64,000 nt of DNA from Raillietiella orientalis. Taxonomy: Eukaryota. Position 1 is the first letter of the stretch. Each line of letters starts with the position of its first letter. The notes under the pieces are model-generated. The model worked only from the letters and a program-made list of their open reading frames with translations, was not told where the DNA came from and made no database searches. Below are positions 12,560 to 24,950 of this stretch, piece after piece. The DNA lies in NCBI GenBank assembly GCA_036172245.1, contig JAYWIR010000041.1, forward strand, positions 62,001 to 126,000. Reading direction: 5' to 3'. The position numbers and the translations under genes were made by a program.

Positions 12560-14330
12560 TGAACATGTCGACTCTGCTCCCTGTCAGTTGCATCATCATC
12601 AATTTGTCTTTTGGGGTGGGAAAAGCCTTTATCCATTCCCTTTACACATACTGGAGGCAGTGAACCAGCTCACGGAGATCGCACGAGCGCACTCCATTGC
12701 GTTGGGGCGCTTCAGCGACCCCCATGTACAGTGACTTTTCCTAACTTATCGACGAGAGTGGAAGTATACGCCTACGCCACAAAGGCCCTGGTCTCCATCC
12801 CCATGTGTTGTTGACTACTGACCGAAGGAGTTACCGCTGTCTAGGAGTGGTTCGAAGTGGATCTCACATCATGAGAATCATGACCTTCAACAATGACCTG
12901 CTCTAGGGAAATCCTCTCGAGCTCGGGGTCTCCATTTATTCCTCACTAGGGATATGGACAGACCTCTCTTCGCTGCCCAAGTCTCACTAAGAACATGAGC
13001 CGAGTCTGCGAAGGGGTAATGAATGCAGGAGCATCCGCGAAACACGTCCGCACAGCTCCTATGTAACCGGGTGAAGAACAGCCTCCCGGACGAAGCCGGC
13101 AAGTTTGCAACTAATAGCTGCTTCAAGCTGCTGAACCGACGAGATCCGGTGGTTCAGGAGCCATTGCAAGATACCCTGCGAGCAGTAACACGAAAGTGCA
13201 TCTAAAATGAGCCAGCAGATGGCAATCTCAGAAAATTCATTTCGGGCGTCACCGTAGATGAATAACTCAATGACTAAGCCGTAGATGAAACCGTAGATGA
13301 AACGGCATAAACAGTTTATGGACGACGGAGCGCCAAGTCTTCGGATACCTGAGGGAGTTCAACCGAGGGGAGCCAAGAGTCACCGTCCGCAGGCTCAGCT
13401 TCAATCAGCACTTGAGGTGGAAAATCACCGTTGGATTGCTCCCAACATCTGCTTTTGTCACAATTCAGGATACCTTCTTCTTTGACCACAGTATTTGGGG
13501 CCGACTCCCGAAATAATGTGGTCCTAGAGGAATAGGCACAGGCCAAATTTTTTTTTTTTTGATATTTACACGCCTGGTTGTACTCCGGCTTTAGGATGTC
13601 CTTCCTGACAAACTTGAAAACTGCTTTCCTGGTAACTACTGGTTTCATGGATCCCATTGCATTTGACAACGTAGAAAAGGAGAGTTGCTAGGATTGGTAG
13701 AACGGCTTGCTTTCTGGCACAATTCATGAAGCAAGTGCAGACGTGCGCAAAACCTTTCTTCTCATCCCGTGGTAAGGACTAGATCGTCTGCGTATGCGCT
13801 TTCATAGATGAGGGACTCCCTCCAAACACCTCCCTTACCCTCCAAAAGATGGGATCAGTTGCCAAGTTGAAGAATGCGGAGATGGGAAAATCATTTCTCA
13901 CTGGATCCAAATGTTTCCTGTGAATTGGGGGGGTCACAGAATATGGTGCATGCCACGGCGAAAAGGTCATGCACCACATCCTAGAACATTCCATCTACTT
14001 CTTTTGCCCTCAGTGCAAGAAGAACAGCATTCCTGCAGGACCGTTCCAAAACGCTTTGGAATCGACAAATGTCAAACAGGTGGCCTGTGAGCAGCACCTC
14101 CTGACACTGTCCAGTCTAGTTCGGCAGAATGAAGTTTTGCTCAGGGACATCCATTATCGATGACAGTCCTCGTCGTTACGGTTTGCGTAACAACCGCATC
14201 CTCGTCATTGTCACTGCTGCTTTAATGAGATGTAAGCGATAGCTGCTTCTGGTTATTTTTTATGACTACGCCTCCTCGGCCAAACTGATGTACGGGCATC
14301 CTAATTGCTGGCTTTCACCCGTGGCTCTCG
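12560..14330 (-). mobile_element. Decayed RLE-type (R2/NeSL-like) non-LTR retrotransposon: RT, zinc finger and RLE
   Basis: Ordered motifs: DNGC-EQNFIL, TFVDSKAF, FFNLATDPI, intact AYADDLVL (YADD at 13794-13783), FKF...ACKY, RGC...DSAHVL (CCHC remnant), then EP / FVA*A / EKSLY / REW at spacings typical of the RLE domain. Confidence 0.75.
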
Positions 14331-15385
14331 ATGCTCGAAAGACGGGATCGTGCTGTGGAACTCCTCTGAGCGAAACGTGGTCTGCAAGCAGATTTCTTTA
14401 CAACTTTCTCTTGATTTACGAAATGCGAGGAAACGAATGACATGTAGGCGGCTTGCACGAAAGATGAAAATGGGAATTTCGTTTCGGTAGCTCTCCCGTT
14501 TTCCAGAGGGAGTCACTTTTTCGTTTCAAGCTCAAAAAGTTACAAGTTCGGCTTCAGATGGCTGCTCGAGCTCTCATCAGAGCACTCTGTTCCACGGGAG
14601 TTTCGAACGAGTCGGCAGGGAGATGCTTTTCCGCATTTTCTCGATGAGCTCAGCAAAAAGGACAAGATTGTCTAACGGGAGATGTGGCGCCCTCATTGAT
14701 AACAGAAGAAACAGAAGGATTTGAGATAAGTAGAGCGCAAGATTGTTTTTTGATAAGCAAACAAATGGGAGCTGTGATTCGGATGCCATACAAGGTCTTC
14801 ACCTTGCCTGGCATTTGATGCCCTGCCGACCTCGCTAGAGATTCAAGGATTTTCTATTCTGCAAGCTTTCAGCGGCTTTTCCCACAGAATTTGCCACCTG
14901 CTAAAGTGCGGGTTTTCTTACCCTTGTCAGAACCCAGTTGAGTTCATTGCTCTATAACCTGTTGCATCTTTTTTTTTCATTTTCGACTTTCTCAGATGAT
15001 CCTGGTTACGTCATCAAAACTAGACTTCGTATCCATTCACGAATTCACCATAGTTACCTTTGTCCGTGCGTCTCGTTGACCCACGTGTCTTCAGATGGAG
15101 CGTCGCGTACATATCACTGCTTTGAATAAGCTACCTGTCTGCAGTCAGCTGTTTCTGCACTTGCTGTTTTCTGCAACCGTTTTAGTTCCAACATTCCCAT
15201 TCTCTTTTTCTTCTAAAACAGGACCACGAAAGCTGCTTAACGGTTCCTGCAAATCCTGCTTTGTGTTTCTGTCTAAAAGTACTTCTTTTCTGCTCTTAAA
15301 AACTTTCATAAGTTGTTCCCTTGTATTTCTTTACAGTGTTCGCGTCTCTGCACGTCACACTCCCATGATTTCCCACTAGAGTGCC

Positions 15386-15906
15386 TGCTTGCACCGCCAA
15401 GATCTATGACGACGGCAGCTCCAGTGAGCTCACGACCGAATCCATCTGCGCTTACCGTCACTACCCTTCTACTTGTCTAATCTTGAGGATTCTGGCGTCC
15501 TTCTACGATGGAACATCAGAAGACAGGGACGATTCTTTCCCGGAAGTATGGGTGCTACTCGACACTTGAGAGTCATCGATTTTCAGGGCCGTTTGGCTTC
15601 GGCAGGCGAGATGTCGCCGATGCTCCTTAGCATGTCCACGGCTGTCTCTGGCCTGCTGTCCATGCTTACCAACACGTGCATAGGATCCACATCCAGGGAG
15701 TGAACGATGGGGCGATCCGGTGGCCCGGCGTTCGGTCCGTCTCCGCAGACCCGGCTCTGTCCACCAAGATGGGCACTCGCGAATCCAGCAGTCCGAGCTT
15801 CAGCGTTCAGGCAAACCGCATTTCTCACTCGTTTGAATTTCGAGGGGTCATCCCGGTTCCGACTATTTCGATTTAGAGGATGAGATTGCTTTCCTTTCAC
15901 TCTCAC
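15386..15906 (-). repeat. Dispersed repeat copy 1; fragment resembling non-LTR ORF1 (L1-ORF1/Transposase_22-type RRM)
   Basis: Highly similar to 61546-62084 (core 15558-15836 vs 61743-62021). Translation across one frameshift gives LKLGL.DSRVPILVDRA-RVCG...DRPIVH...SIGDISP (~IDRAHR...PRPIIV...I.EDLS). Confidence 0.85.
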
Positions 15907-18900
15907 GGACCTAACTACCCAGAAAGAAAATATGAAGGGAACCAGCTACTTGATAGTTCTATTCACCCATCTTCCTCTGTTCAATTCTTAGAACGATTCG
16001 CACGTTAGGATCCATGTAGACCTTCACTAGACACTTCACTATCTTCACCCTGGTCAGCCATAGTTCAGCATCTTTCTCGTTCTTTTTAGTTTTGGCACAT
16101 CTGCCGTTTCAAGATGGTATGTGATGCGAATCTCAAGAAGAGCACAGCATTGTTGATGATGTTTGTCACCCTAACAACGAGCAGGCTTCTTTGCAATGTT
16201 TCAGGAGCGCATGATCGCGCTGCTAGACTGCTTGTTTCCTTAGAGTGAATATTCCTCGAAAACATTGATGCGTCATCGCATGATCCACTAGAAAGAACTG
16301 ATGTCTGAACTTGCTGGACGCGAGACTTCACCTATCTTGGCGAACGTGGACCAACTTCCGCATTGTTCCCAGAGGAACGCTATTCGTGATTCGAGTTCGA
16401 ATCTTGCAGCTGAGTTCGAGCAAAGGATCCTGACTCTTGACCTTCTCTTCGTTTGACTTTTCCTACGGACCCCCTAGTGCTCTTTTTCCCTAATGATGAG
16501 AGTGTTATCTACGAAATGATAACGGTGACGACTTCCAGCTGAGCCCTCGGCGCCAATTCGTTGCCAAGGTGCATGATGTTGTTTAAACAAGCGGAAGTCC
16601 GCGATCGCTTTTTCCGGCTTCTCCTAAATGAACAGCTCGAGCAGCTCTTTCAAGGTCGAAAAAATGCGAAGAACAGATTTGCTTCCCCTCGTTTCCAGAT
16701 CATTTCCTCTCTCCTAAAGATCAATCCAACAGTGCTGCTGATGCCTCCGCGAAACCGAACTGAGACTCTGGATCAAGCGCGCGTTCGGAATAGCAAAAGA
16801 CGGATTGTCCTTTGGGTGATCTTGAGAAGATATCGAACCAATTCCTTGAAAAACAAGCGACATAACCACCTCTCGTTCTCGAGCATCCAGAGGATGCAGT
16901 GATCTTTCAAGTATCTTTCGGTTGTCTTCGGGATGCAGACGACTCACTTGAGTGCGATGCAGAGCTATAGGATAGTATCATGGGATCGAGAAACTCTTGG
17001 GCTTTCTTTCCAGGAATTAGGAATCGGGAAGTCTGGCTTCCGCACTGCCGGCGATTATCAGGAGGCCTTGGATTCTTCAGGGATCTCATAAAATGGAAGC
17101 AGTCAATGCAGCTACGTCTGAGGATCCGACGAGCCACTCTCACTAGCTGTGATGACAGAGCTCAGGATTGCGTGACGCTTACAGAGCGACGCGAAAGGAA
17201 GATTAGGAGGAAGAAAGAATGATGATGGCGGTAACCTGATCAAAAAAGGGAAGGAAGTTGATCAGGAGGAAGAGGAAGGAAGGAAGAGGGAGGGAGCAGG
17301 ATGGGGTGCTTATGGTTGAAGATAGGCTGAGCACTGTATGTGAGGCCAGTAAGCACTGTTGCCTAAAAGCCTCACAGAGGCGGCGAAGAGAGAGAGGGGG
17401 AGGGAATGAAGGATCCTGATGAAAGTAACAGCGAGGACAGGCCACTCTGGCAAGCTTGGACCTCAGTGCCTGACGACACGCAGCACTCTGTGTGACGGAG
17501 ATGCTGGGTGCGTGAGACATGAACCTGAACGCAAATTAAGAGGCGCTGAGACACTGAAGCTGCCGGTACGATAAGGAAATTCGCAACTGAAGTCCGGTGT
17601 CAACATTTCGTCTCAGCCTCCCTTCTCTTCCGTGTTTTAAGATGGATTCCAGAACCTTATCATTCGCTCTTTTGCTTTTTTCGCCACGCCTCAATCTGGG
17701 GTTCCCAAAAGCTCTGTGGACTTCCGGGACCTACGACCGTGCTGCCTGCTTCCCAATCTCGTCTGTTTCGTGGATCCCTTTTGAGTGAGAAGACATCCTG
17801 GAAAGACGAAATTCTTTCGCAGCAATATCAGCACAGAGGAGGAGAAGGAGGAGAACGTCCTCCTCACCAGGTTTCACGAGATCCACAGGTAACCTCACCC
17901 TCGATCTTGAAAGATGCTTCCTCTGACTCCTGAACGGAGTTGCGTCGAGACGATGAGAATCACGTCCGAAAAGCAGCCGCACTGACTGCTGGGTAAGCTC
18001 CCATCCATGTGTCCGGGACTCTTGGATGGGAGTGATGCCCTTTGACTCTCGGACGGTTTCGGAGAATGAACTTCCTTGCTGGAGCGCCGTCCGTCCGAGG
18101 ATCGCAGCAACCTTCCCTCGAGTGGTCCTTTGCACTCTGCGCGGATGCCGTGACCCATATGAAGGATCTCCATCCTCCTCTTGAGGCAGGGAGAAGAAAG
18201 GAGGAGCACTCGATCTTCCCGAGACCTCGCGCAAAACCCCGTGATATCCGGAAGATGAATCCGCCATTCCTCAGTAACGATGACGATGATGAAGAGGTGA
18301 ATGAATACGGGAGAGAAAAGAGGAGGAGCGGTAGATGGGAGAGAGCCAAAAAGGAAAAAGAGGGAAGGAAGCACTCTGGCACTTCTGCTTGGGGCCTCTC
18401 TTACTCAGCTGCCCACAGAGTTTCCGCTCTCCTTTGCTTCCCTCAAATTTGTCCGCATTCCATCAGGAAGCTGTGGCACGTCCTCCGCCCTATGGGAGAG
18501 TCCAGCTGCGAGCTCGTGAGCTTTGCTCCCTCTCAGCTTCCCTGCTCTTCCCCTCTCTCGAGCGCCTCGGCGACACCAAGGGCATACGAAAAAGAGGGAA
18601 GAAGGAAGTAACGGCGCCCTACTACCCTGGGTCCTCTGGAGGGTGCTTCCAAAGGCACTCTTCTCTTTCTCCTCGCGGACCAGGAGGCGAGAATGCGCAA
18701 AAAGCTTGATGCCTTCCTGCCTTCCCCTCCAACTCGGGACCGCCCGAGACAAGTCGCGGCTGTATCTCAGGCCTTCCCTCCCCCCCAACTCTTCCTCCAC
18801 TTTCCGAGAGAAGAACAAAGAAAGGAAGACGACTGTCTTCCTTTCTTTGTTCCAGAATTCCGGTTTCCGGGGAATTCCCTTCGCTCCCATGGAAGTGGAT

Positions 18901-19699
18901 TTCTTTGAACCTTGTCTCCTTTACGCTCTTCCCCGGAGTTCCGAAGCGAAGGACGACCGGTGAAGGGCAGCTCCCCGCGGGAGCTCGCCTTTTCCTTCGA
19001 GGTGTTGAGGAAGGGAGCGGGCGGGGCCTCCGAGCCACAAGCGAACCAGAAGCAACCACCCGGGGATTGTCCACATCGCAGATCGTCCTCCTTCCCCCTC
19101 CTCCTCCACTCTTCAGCCTCGCATGGTGACTTGAGAAATGTTCCAGATTGAAACAGATAGCGCTGTCTCGAGGGACTCCCAGAGCATCTCCTTCCTGGAA
19201 GAACCGGCAGGGGAGCAAAAATGTGAAAGGGCGGCATTCTCCAGGGAAGCGGAAATCATGGTGTCTTGGGGCTAAAGGCCGAAGCGAAAGGTGACCTTTC
19301 CTCTTTCCTCCACTTAAAAGCCATCTCTCGGGTGATGTTTGAGGAGATCCAGGAAGAACTACCTGAGAAACGGAGTGGGGGTAACGTAGGTATTGAACCA
19401 AGGATTCATGGCGTCACGGCAGTCCTCCAATAGGCTGGCGGGTACTGAAGAAAAACGGTAAGTCGTTGGATTACCTGGAGGTCGCAGATGGATCGCTGCT
19501 GAGTTCTGTGGGAGGTCTTCCGGGGACATCTCCCGGAAACGATGTGTCTCCTCCAAACGGGAAGTTCTCCTGAGCGGCCAGAGCTGAGGAGCCGCCTCCC
19601 GAGAGAAAAAAAAAAATCCGCTCACACGATGGCTCTGCAGCTCTTCACGGATTTTCTGCCGATTGTGATGTCGTGGTTCAATGGCTGCTGTCGCTGCTG

Positions 19700-22400
19700 C
19701 TGAGTCTAGTGAATCTGCTAGGTATTGCAGACATCTGCTACCACTCGACTCTTGCGGGAGGAGCAGTGCTGACTACTAGCTTTGCCTGCCAGGTGGCTGA
19801 GAGTCCGACTCTTCCCTTGATGAACAAAGAGGATTCTTTGAAGAGAAGGAACATCTAAGGATTCAGACCTTCAGGGAAGCAATTCCTTAGGTGTCTCTTG
19901 ACCTCCCGTGCATCAGGATGATGGGCTGTCTTTAGTTGATACCGGCTTCTTTCTCTTATTAAAAGGGGACCAATTGAGAATTGCCTTCCGAAACGGCCTG
20001 AACTATCTGAATCCTTTCCTTCTCTCTCTCCCTGGTAACTGCAGGGGGGAGGTGCTGATTCGTGCATGTCCATTCTGCTGCACATTCCTGCAGTACTTCC
20101 TCCATGGTCGATGGAACGGAGACATCCCTGCGAGGTGAATGCGTGAGATAGGTCTTTGTAAGCCTCCGTTCTACCTCTCCACCGACGATTAGGGTTAAAA
20201 GAGGTCGTGTGAAGGATGCAAATTCTCCATTTCGGACTTCCTGATCTGGTAGCAGGTTTGCAGCTGACCCGGAAGTGTTCTCAAGACCGAAAACGCTGGA
20301 GGCAGCAACCGTAGAAGTAGAGATTGCATCTCAGGAGGACACTTGTATTCTCTTCCACAAGACATATCTCTCTAATGGACATTAAAGATCGAACGGTCGT
20401 TCTTTGCAAGGAACGTGGCTGCTGTGACAGTTACGATCAAGACGCGCCTTCAGGTAGAGGATGGAATCAATTCCTCTGAGGACTGATATTTTGTTACAGA
20501 GGTTGCAATTTTTCCAAAAGAATGTGAAAGGTAGTTAGTTACCTTCCTTTACAAATCCTCATAGCGACTTCCTGTCAGCACAGCTGCTGTTATCCAGTCG
20601 CACTCCTGGTTGCTGCAGCATCCCCACAGGCAACGAGGGTTTCAATCATCTTCTCGATTATTCTAGCACTGTTGTTTTCATTCCTTCTGCTCTTTTTTTC
20701 TTCCCAACTGCAGTTCTTACTTCTCCGAGTTGCTCCTCAGAGATGGGCTCGTTTCCAGTCTTTTGTCCTCGCCTGCGGCGGGCTTGGAGCCCTTCGCGAA
20801 ATTTCACGGCAGTTGGCAGCTTATCTCCCTCGGCTTATCTAGCTTGTCTTCTGCAGCTTCCCGCTTTCCTTCTGGCAGCTTTGATGACGCTTGACTCTTC
20901 CTGATAACCGCAAACACGTCCTGAGGTGCAATGGGTTCACAGAGAATCTGTCTGGCTGTCACGCCCTCACATCGTCTCTCGGGACGATGAGCTGTTGTTG
21001 AAGCATCCGCAGCAGCTGACGAATTGCTCCGCGGCAGATTTCTGGCTGTAGTGTATCTCTTTCTGCAAAAGCGATAGTTTTCCAAGTGGAGCGCTAAAAG
21101 GTGCAACATAAACTTAGGAGTCCCGATCTGCATGACCGGATGCTTCGCTGTGTGCAATCTCATTAGATCCGGTCCCTCGGGATTTGATCTCCAGTCTTGT
21201 CTCTTACCTACTGGTGTGCGGGGGTGAAATTCTTTCTTCTCTCGTGACAAACATAATTTGGCGGCATCTGAAGTTCCTGCTTGTAGTCGTAGGACAAAGG
21301 GAAGAAAACTGGAAGGCAATCAGGCAGCAACTCTGTTTACCTGAAGGGTCGAACAACAAAAACAACCCTTCGGTCCAGAGGCCGAAGGCTTGTTTTTGTA
21401 CCACTTTGCTGACGTGTGACGTGGAGTGCGGAGCCCTGCTCTTTTCCGAAAATTCTCTGAAGCGCTAAGACCCGCTTGAAAAGCGGATTCGCAGATTCCT
21501 CTATGATGGCGAATTCATTTGCATATACCTCGAAAAAGTGCAATCTGCAAACAACTTCACTATCCAGACGGCCGGTCGCAGGAAGATGGTATCCTTGATC
21601 AGCTTTCTGAAGGGTGGCGGTTTGAGAATCTGAACGAACTGGTTCATCTGAGTGCCATGGTGCAGGGCATCGAAAGTTGCAGTAGAATCTCCTCAGGAAA
21701 AACGGGAAAGAAAAAAACAACCGAAGACAAAAAAAAAAAAGGTAAGCTGGGAGAAACGAAGACGTCTGCATCACTCGCTGCAAACTTTCAGAACTCCTCA
21801 ATGGAGGTCGAGGGAAGTTTCGGGAACACGGGGGGTAGCAGTCCGCTGCTTCTCATGATCATTCAGAAATCTGCATCGGATTTAAGCCTCTGTCAAGCAG
21901 GAAACACCGAAATGCTCAAATGAAAGATGCCTAAATGTACAAGATGCACTCGAATGATGGGAGACTTACTGGCCCGGGAGTGCATGCGTTCATAAGAGTG
22001 AATAACCAAGAGCGGACCTTCACGGCTCTCCCGGATGTCACAGAAATAGCTTCAAAACAGGATGAGATACAGAAACCTCCGAATGAGGCCAGATGTGAAA
22101 GAGCCATGAACAACGCTAGAGGTTCCTGAGGAGAGCTTCGGATGGTTCCAAAAATTCTGTGTGGCGTGTAAGTAGGAGAGAAGCACCATGGGAAAGATCG
22201 TCCCCTGTACTTCCAGATGAAGAACGACGTAACCTGAGACCGTTTTCAGTCGATCATCAGACCGTACGATGCAGGAGAAACTCTCCTGCAGGAGGAGGCG
22301 AAGATTAGTGCTAAAGATACTCCGCGAACTCTGAACACGGCTACTTGTTCTCAGAGCAGAAGTGGAAAGGTATCGTAATATGTTTCTCCTTAGGATTTGC
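19700..22400 (-). mobile_element. Decayed L1/Tx1-like ORF2 (endonuclease plus RT)
   Basis: Ordered motifs: RLLLQES, SGRAVKV..FTLMNACTP (~GR.L.V..LINVYAP), CRLHFF, EPIAPQDVFAVIRK (~PIT..EV..AI), W..PIS..NS.K, ACG...DN, VR..CPL. Confidence 0.6.
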
Positions 22401-24539
22401 AGGGATGGATTAGAAAAAAAAAGAGGTCCAAAATTAGGCAACATTTTTGCTTTTACAATCGTTTTGCGTTTTCCTTCATCCTGCTTGTAGTCAGTCCATG
22501 TGATCACACATTTTTTAAAGTATGACGAGATCCATATTATCTCCTTGGTTTGGTGCCAGAGCAGCTGCTTGAACACGGAAACAGGGCTCTAAAAAGGCAG
22601 CCGCCAAAATGCGAATTTTGCTTTTATTTTCTTAGACTCTTTTAGGTGAATAGCTCTGCAGAATAAAGCTCCATAGAATCTCTAGAAACGTTCCCAATGA
22701 CAGCAAACAGTTCTCTAGAAAGCGCAAAAAACTAGCAATCTATTCTTAGGATGCTGCGCATGTTGTGTCCATGAGTAAATGATTACAGCAGCCTTTTTTT
22801 CATCAACAGAAGCTCCTTGTCCCCTCTCATGCACTTCAGAATGTTTACACAAACTGGCTGCTAAGTGAGGTATCGTGAGAAAAACCAAATTCTTTCGGGG
22901 CATGTGCTTGTTTCCCTGTTCTACTTTTGTGTAGAAACTCCATTTTCTCCTAATGTTGGCCAGGCATAGAGTCTTACGTAGATTCTTAATACATGTTGTT
23001 TCATGAGTTCCAAGAAGAGTGAGACCGAATTTTCAAGGTGGCGAATGAGTAGCAACATTAATGGGATCTTTAACATTCCTGATCAACCTTTTTATACTTC
23101 ACCCGGCCATTAATGCTTGAACTGAGAAAAACTGGAAGCAAAGTGGGCTCCATCCATGGAAGCGGGATTTGTCTCTGCAGCTGGTTACAGAAAGCACATT
23201 GTTTTGCTTTCAGCAAACAAGCAAGTTAGTTTAGATCATCAGATGTAAAGGGATCAGCAAGAGAACTCAATCGCGATTGAGAAGAGCTGCGACTCTCATC
23301 TGATATCCACAGGACAAAGGATGCTGGAGGATGGAGCAGTTGTCAGATGGGTTTCTGGGAGAAAAATAAAAACAAATGGATGGGAAGCTATCCCGCAGAG
23401 AAGAAATTTCTTTGTGTCCGGCTGTTCATCCACTAGAATGAGGAAGACAGAACAACTGAGGCATCGAGCCATCAAATGTCACGACACATCGAAGTTCGTA
23501 GCGAGGCCTCGACCTGCCTGCTGCACCAAAGGTCTCCCTTTTGCAGCAATTAGAAGACGTGGTTGTTTCCTATCTGAGATCCGAAGAGCCAAATTGGAAA
23601 CAGGGAAACGCAGAAAAAACCGAAGGTGAGAAAACTGAATCTCGTGAAGCCCGTCGCGAAAGGTGATAGATAGGTGACACTCTTGGAGCTAATCTTAATG
23701 ACTCGTTACTTAGAATCATGAGTATTCAGAGGACCTCCGAAGCTGCCCGAATGAAAACATGAAGTGCCATCTTGAACTATGCCAGAAGACCAAAAATCTT
23801 CCTTTCGGCAGCTGGAAAAGCGAAAGGACGGACTTATGGGCTTACGAGGCTGGTTTCATCATCTTCACGGCAATCACCCACTGGCAGCAGTAGTTTCCAC
23901 GTGACGCAATCAGAACTAAGGATGCGATGTTCGCCTCTCTAAAAACCCCGAATAGCTTTGAAATTCTATCCAGAGAATTCTCGCGCTTGAACTGCGTCTC
24001 TCATGTGTTGCGGTAGTGGAAAAGACAGGGTTAAGCTGTTTTTTTTTTTTTTTTTTCCCCACGTGAAGTTCCAAACCGAGATTGTCCTGAGGCGCTCTTG
24101 CTCCCTTGTCTACGGGACATCGCCAGACGGAACGCAGTGCTCAAATGAATTTCTTCTTGAAAGAGCACGTTTCTCTCATCGAAAGAATTCTGTTGCGTTT
24201 TGCTCCGTGGACCTGTTGGATGTTGTTTCCGGTCAATGTGCCGCTTCCATGAAGCATCAAGAATTTCGGAAAGTTTCTCTCCGGACCTGGGGGAAACTCC
24301 ATGGTCCTGAAGAATTTTCCAGGACTGCTTTCATCTTTCTAGTGTCGATGGCAGATGGCATCGGTACTCCTCCATACTGATTCATCTACAGGATGCCACC
24401 ATAAACGAACTCTTTTTGGCGGTCACAGGATGGAAAGCAGATTAGCTGAGGACCACCACAAGTCAAAATTTGCATTACGGGTGGTTTGATCATAGGTCGC
24501 CCTAAATTTCCCCCGCTTTACACAGCTAGTCACGTAAAT

Positions 24540-24950
24540 AGAAGTCCAGGGAATTGCAGAGCAGGAGCTCAGGAGGCAGTGCGGGGAAGGAAGGTGGAGA
24601 TGAGTGGATGCATGGAAAAACCAGACATCACATGTCTTTCTTGTTGGCAATCGCAACCAAGTGTATTGTCCCAAACCAATTTTGGTGATGTCTTCAAGGT
24701 GAGCCCCCCCGACCAAAATGAATTCTTGAGTACCTGATTCTGAATGCATCCCACGACGAGCGGATGGAGTGTCGAAGAATTAGAGTGGTTCTTCAGGCGG
24801 TGAAAGAGGAAAGGAGTGGAAGACAGAAGACCACGCCATCTAGCGAACGAATTTCGATCTGCAGCAATTGTCAGATGCTGAGACTTCGTTTTGCAAGGGA
24901 CCACTGCCAATCACCTCATTTGCATTCATTAGTTCCTATCGTTCGTTATA
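24540..24950 (+). mobile_element. Decayed AP-endonuclease fragment (CR1/L2/Jockey-like)
   Basis: KVEM..MEKPDITCLS (~PDIxCxxE), followed by ERMECRRIRVVLQAVK (~DR...GGGVxxAVK). Confidence 0.4.

Noticed and set aside
12550..12814. Plus-strand PLSIPF...EP / VYAYATK suggesting an inverted RT segment (twin-priming-like structure)
   Set aside because: The minus strand of the same bases fits the RLE domain (EP, D-site, EK..Y, R.W) at the expected spacing after the zinc finger of the 12560-14330 element, which is more parsimonious.
16560..17150. LKIN and FKYLS motifs suggesting another RT
   Set aside because: Only two weak motifs with poor spacing and no other RT motifs.
17700..19400. Long overlapping ORFs (up to 259 aa) on both strands
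   Set aside because: Low-complexity S/R/P/G-rich translations expected from GC-rich sequence; no domain or splice-consistent structure.
22240..22265. CTGATGA...GAAA on the minus strand (hammerhead-like core)
   Set aside because: No pairing stem II and no convincing flanking stems.
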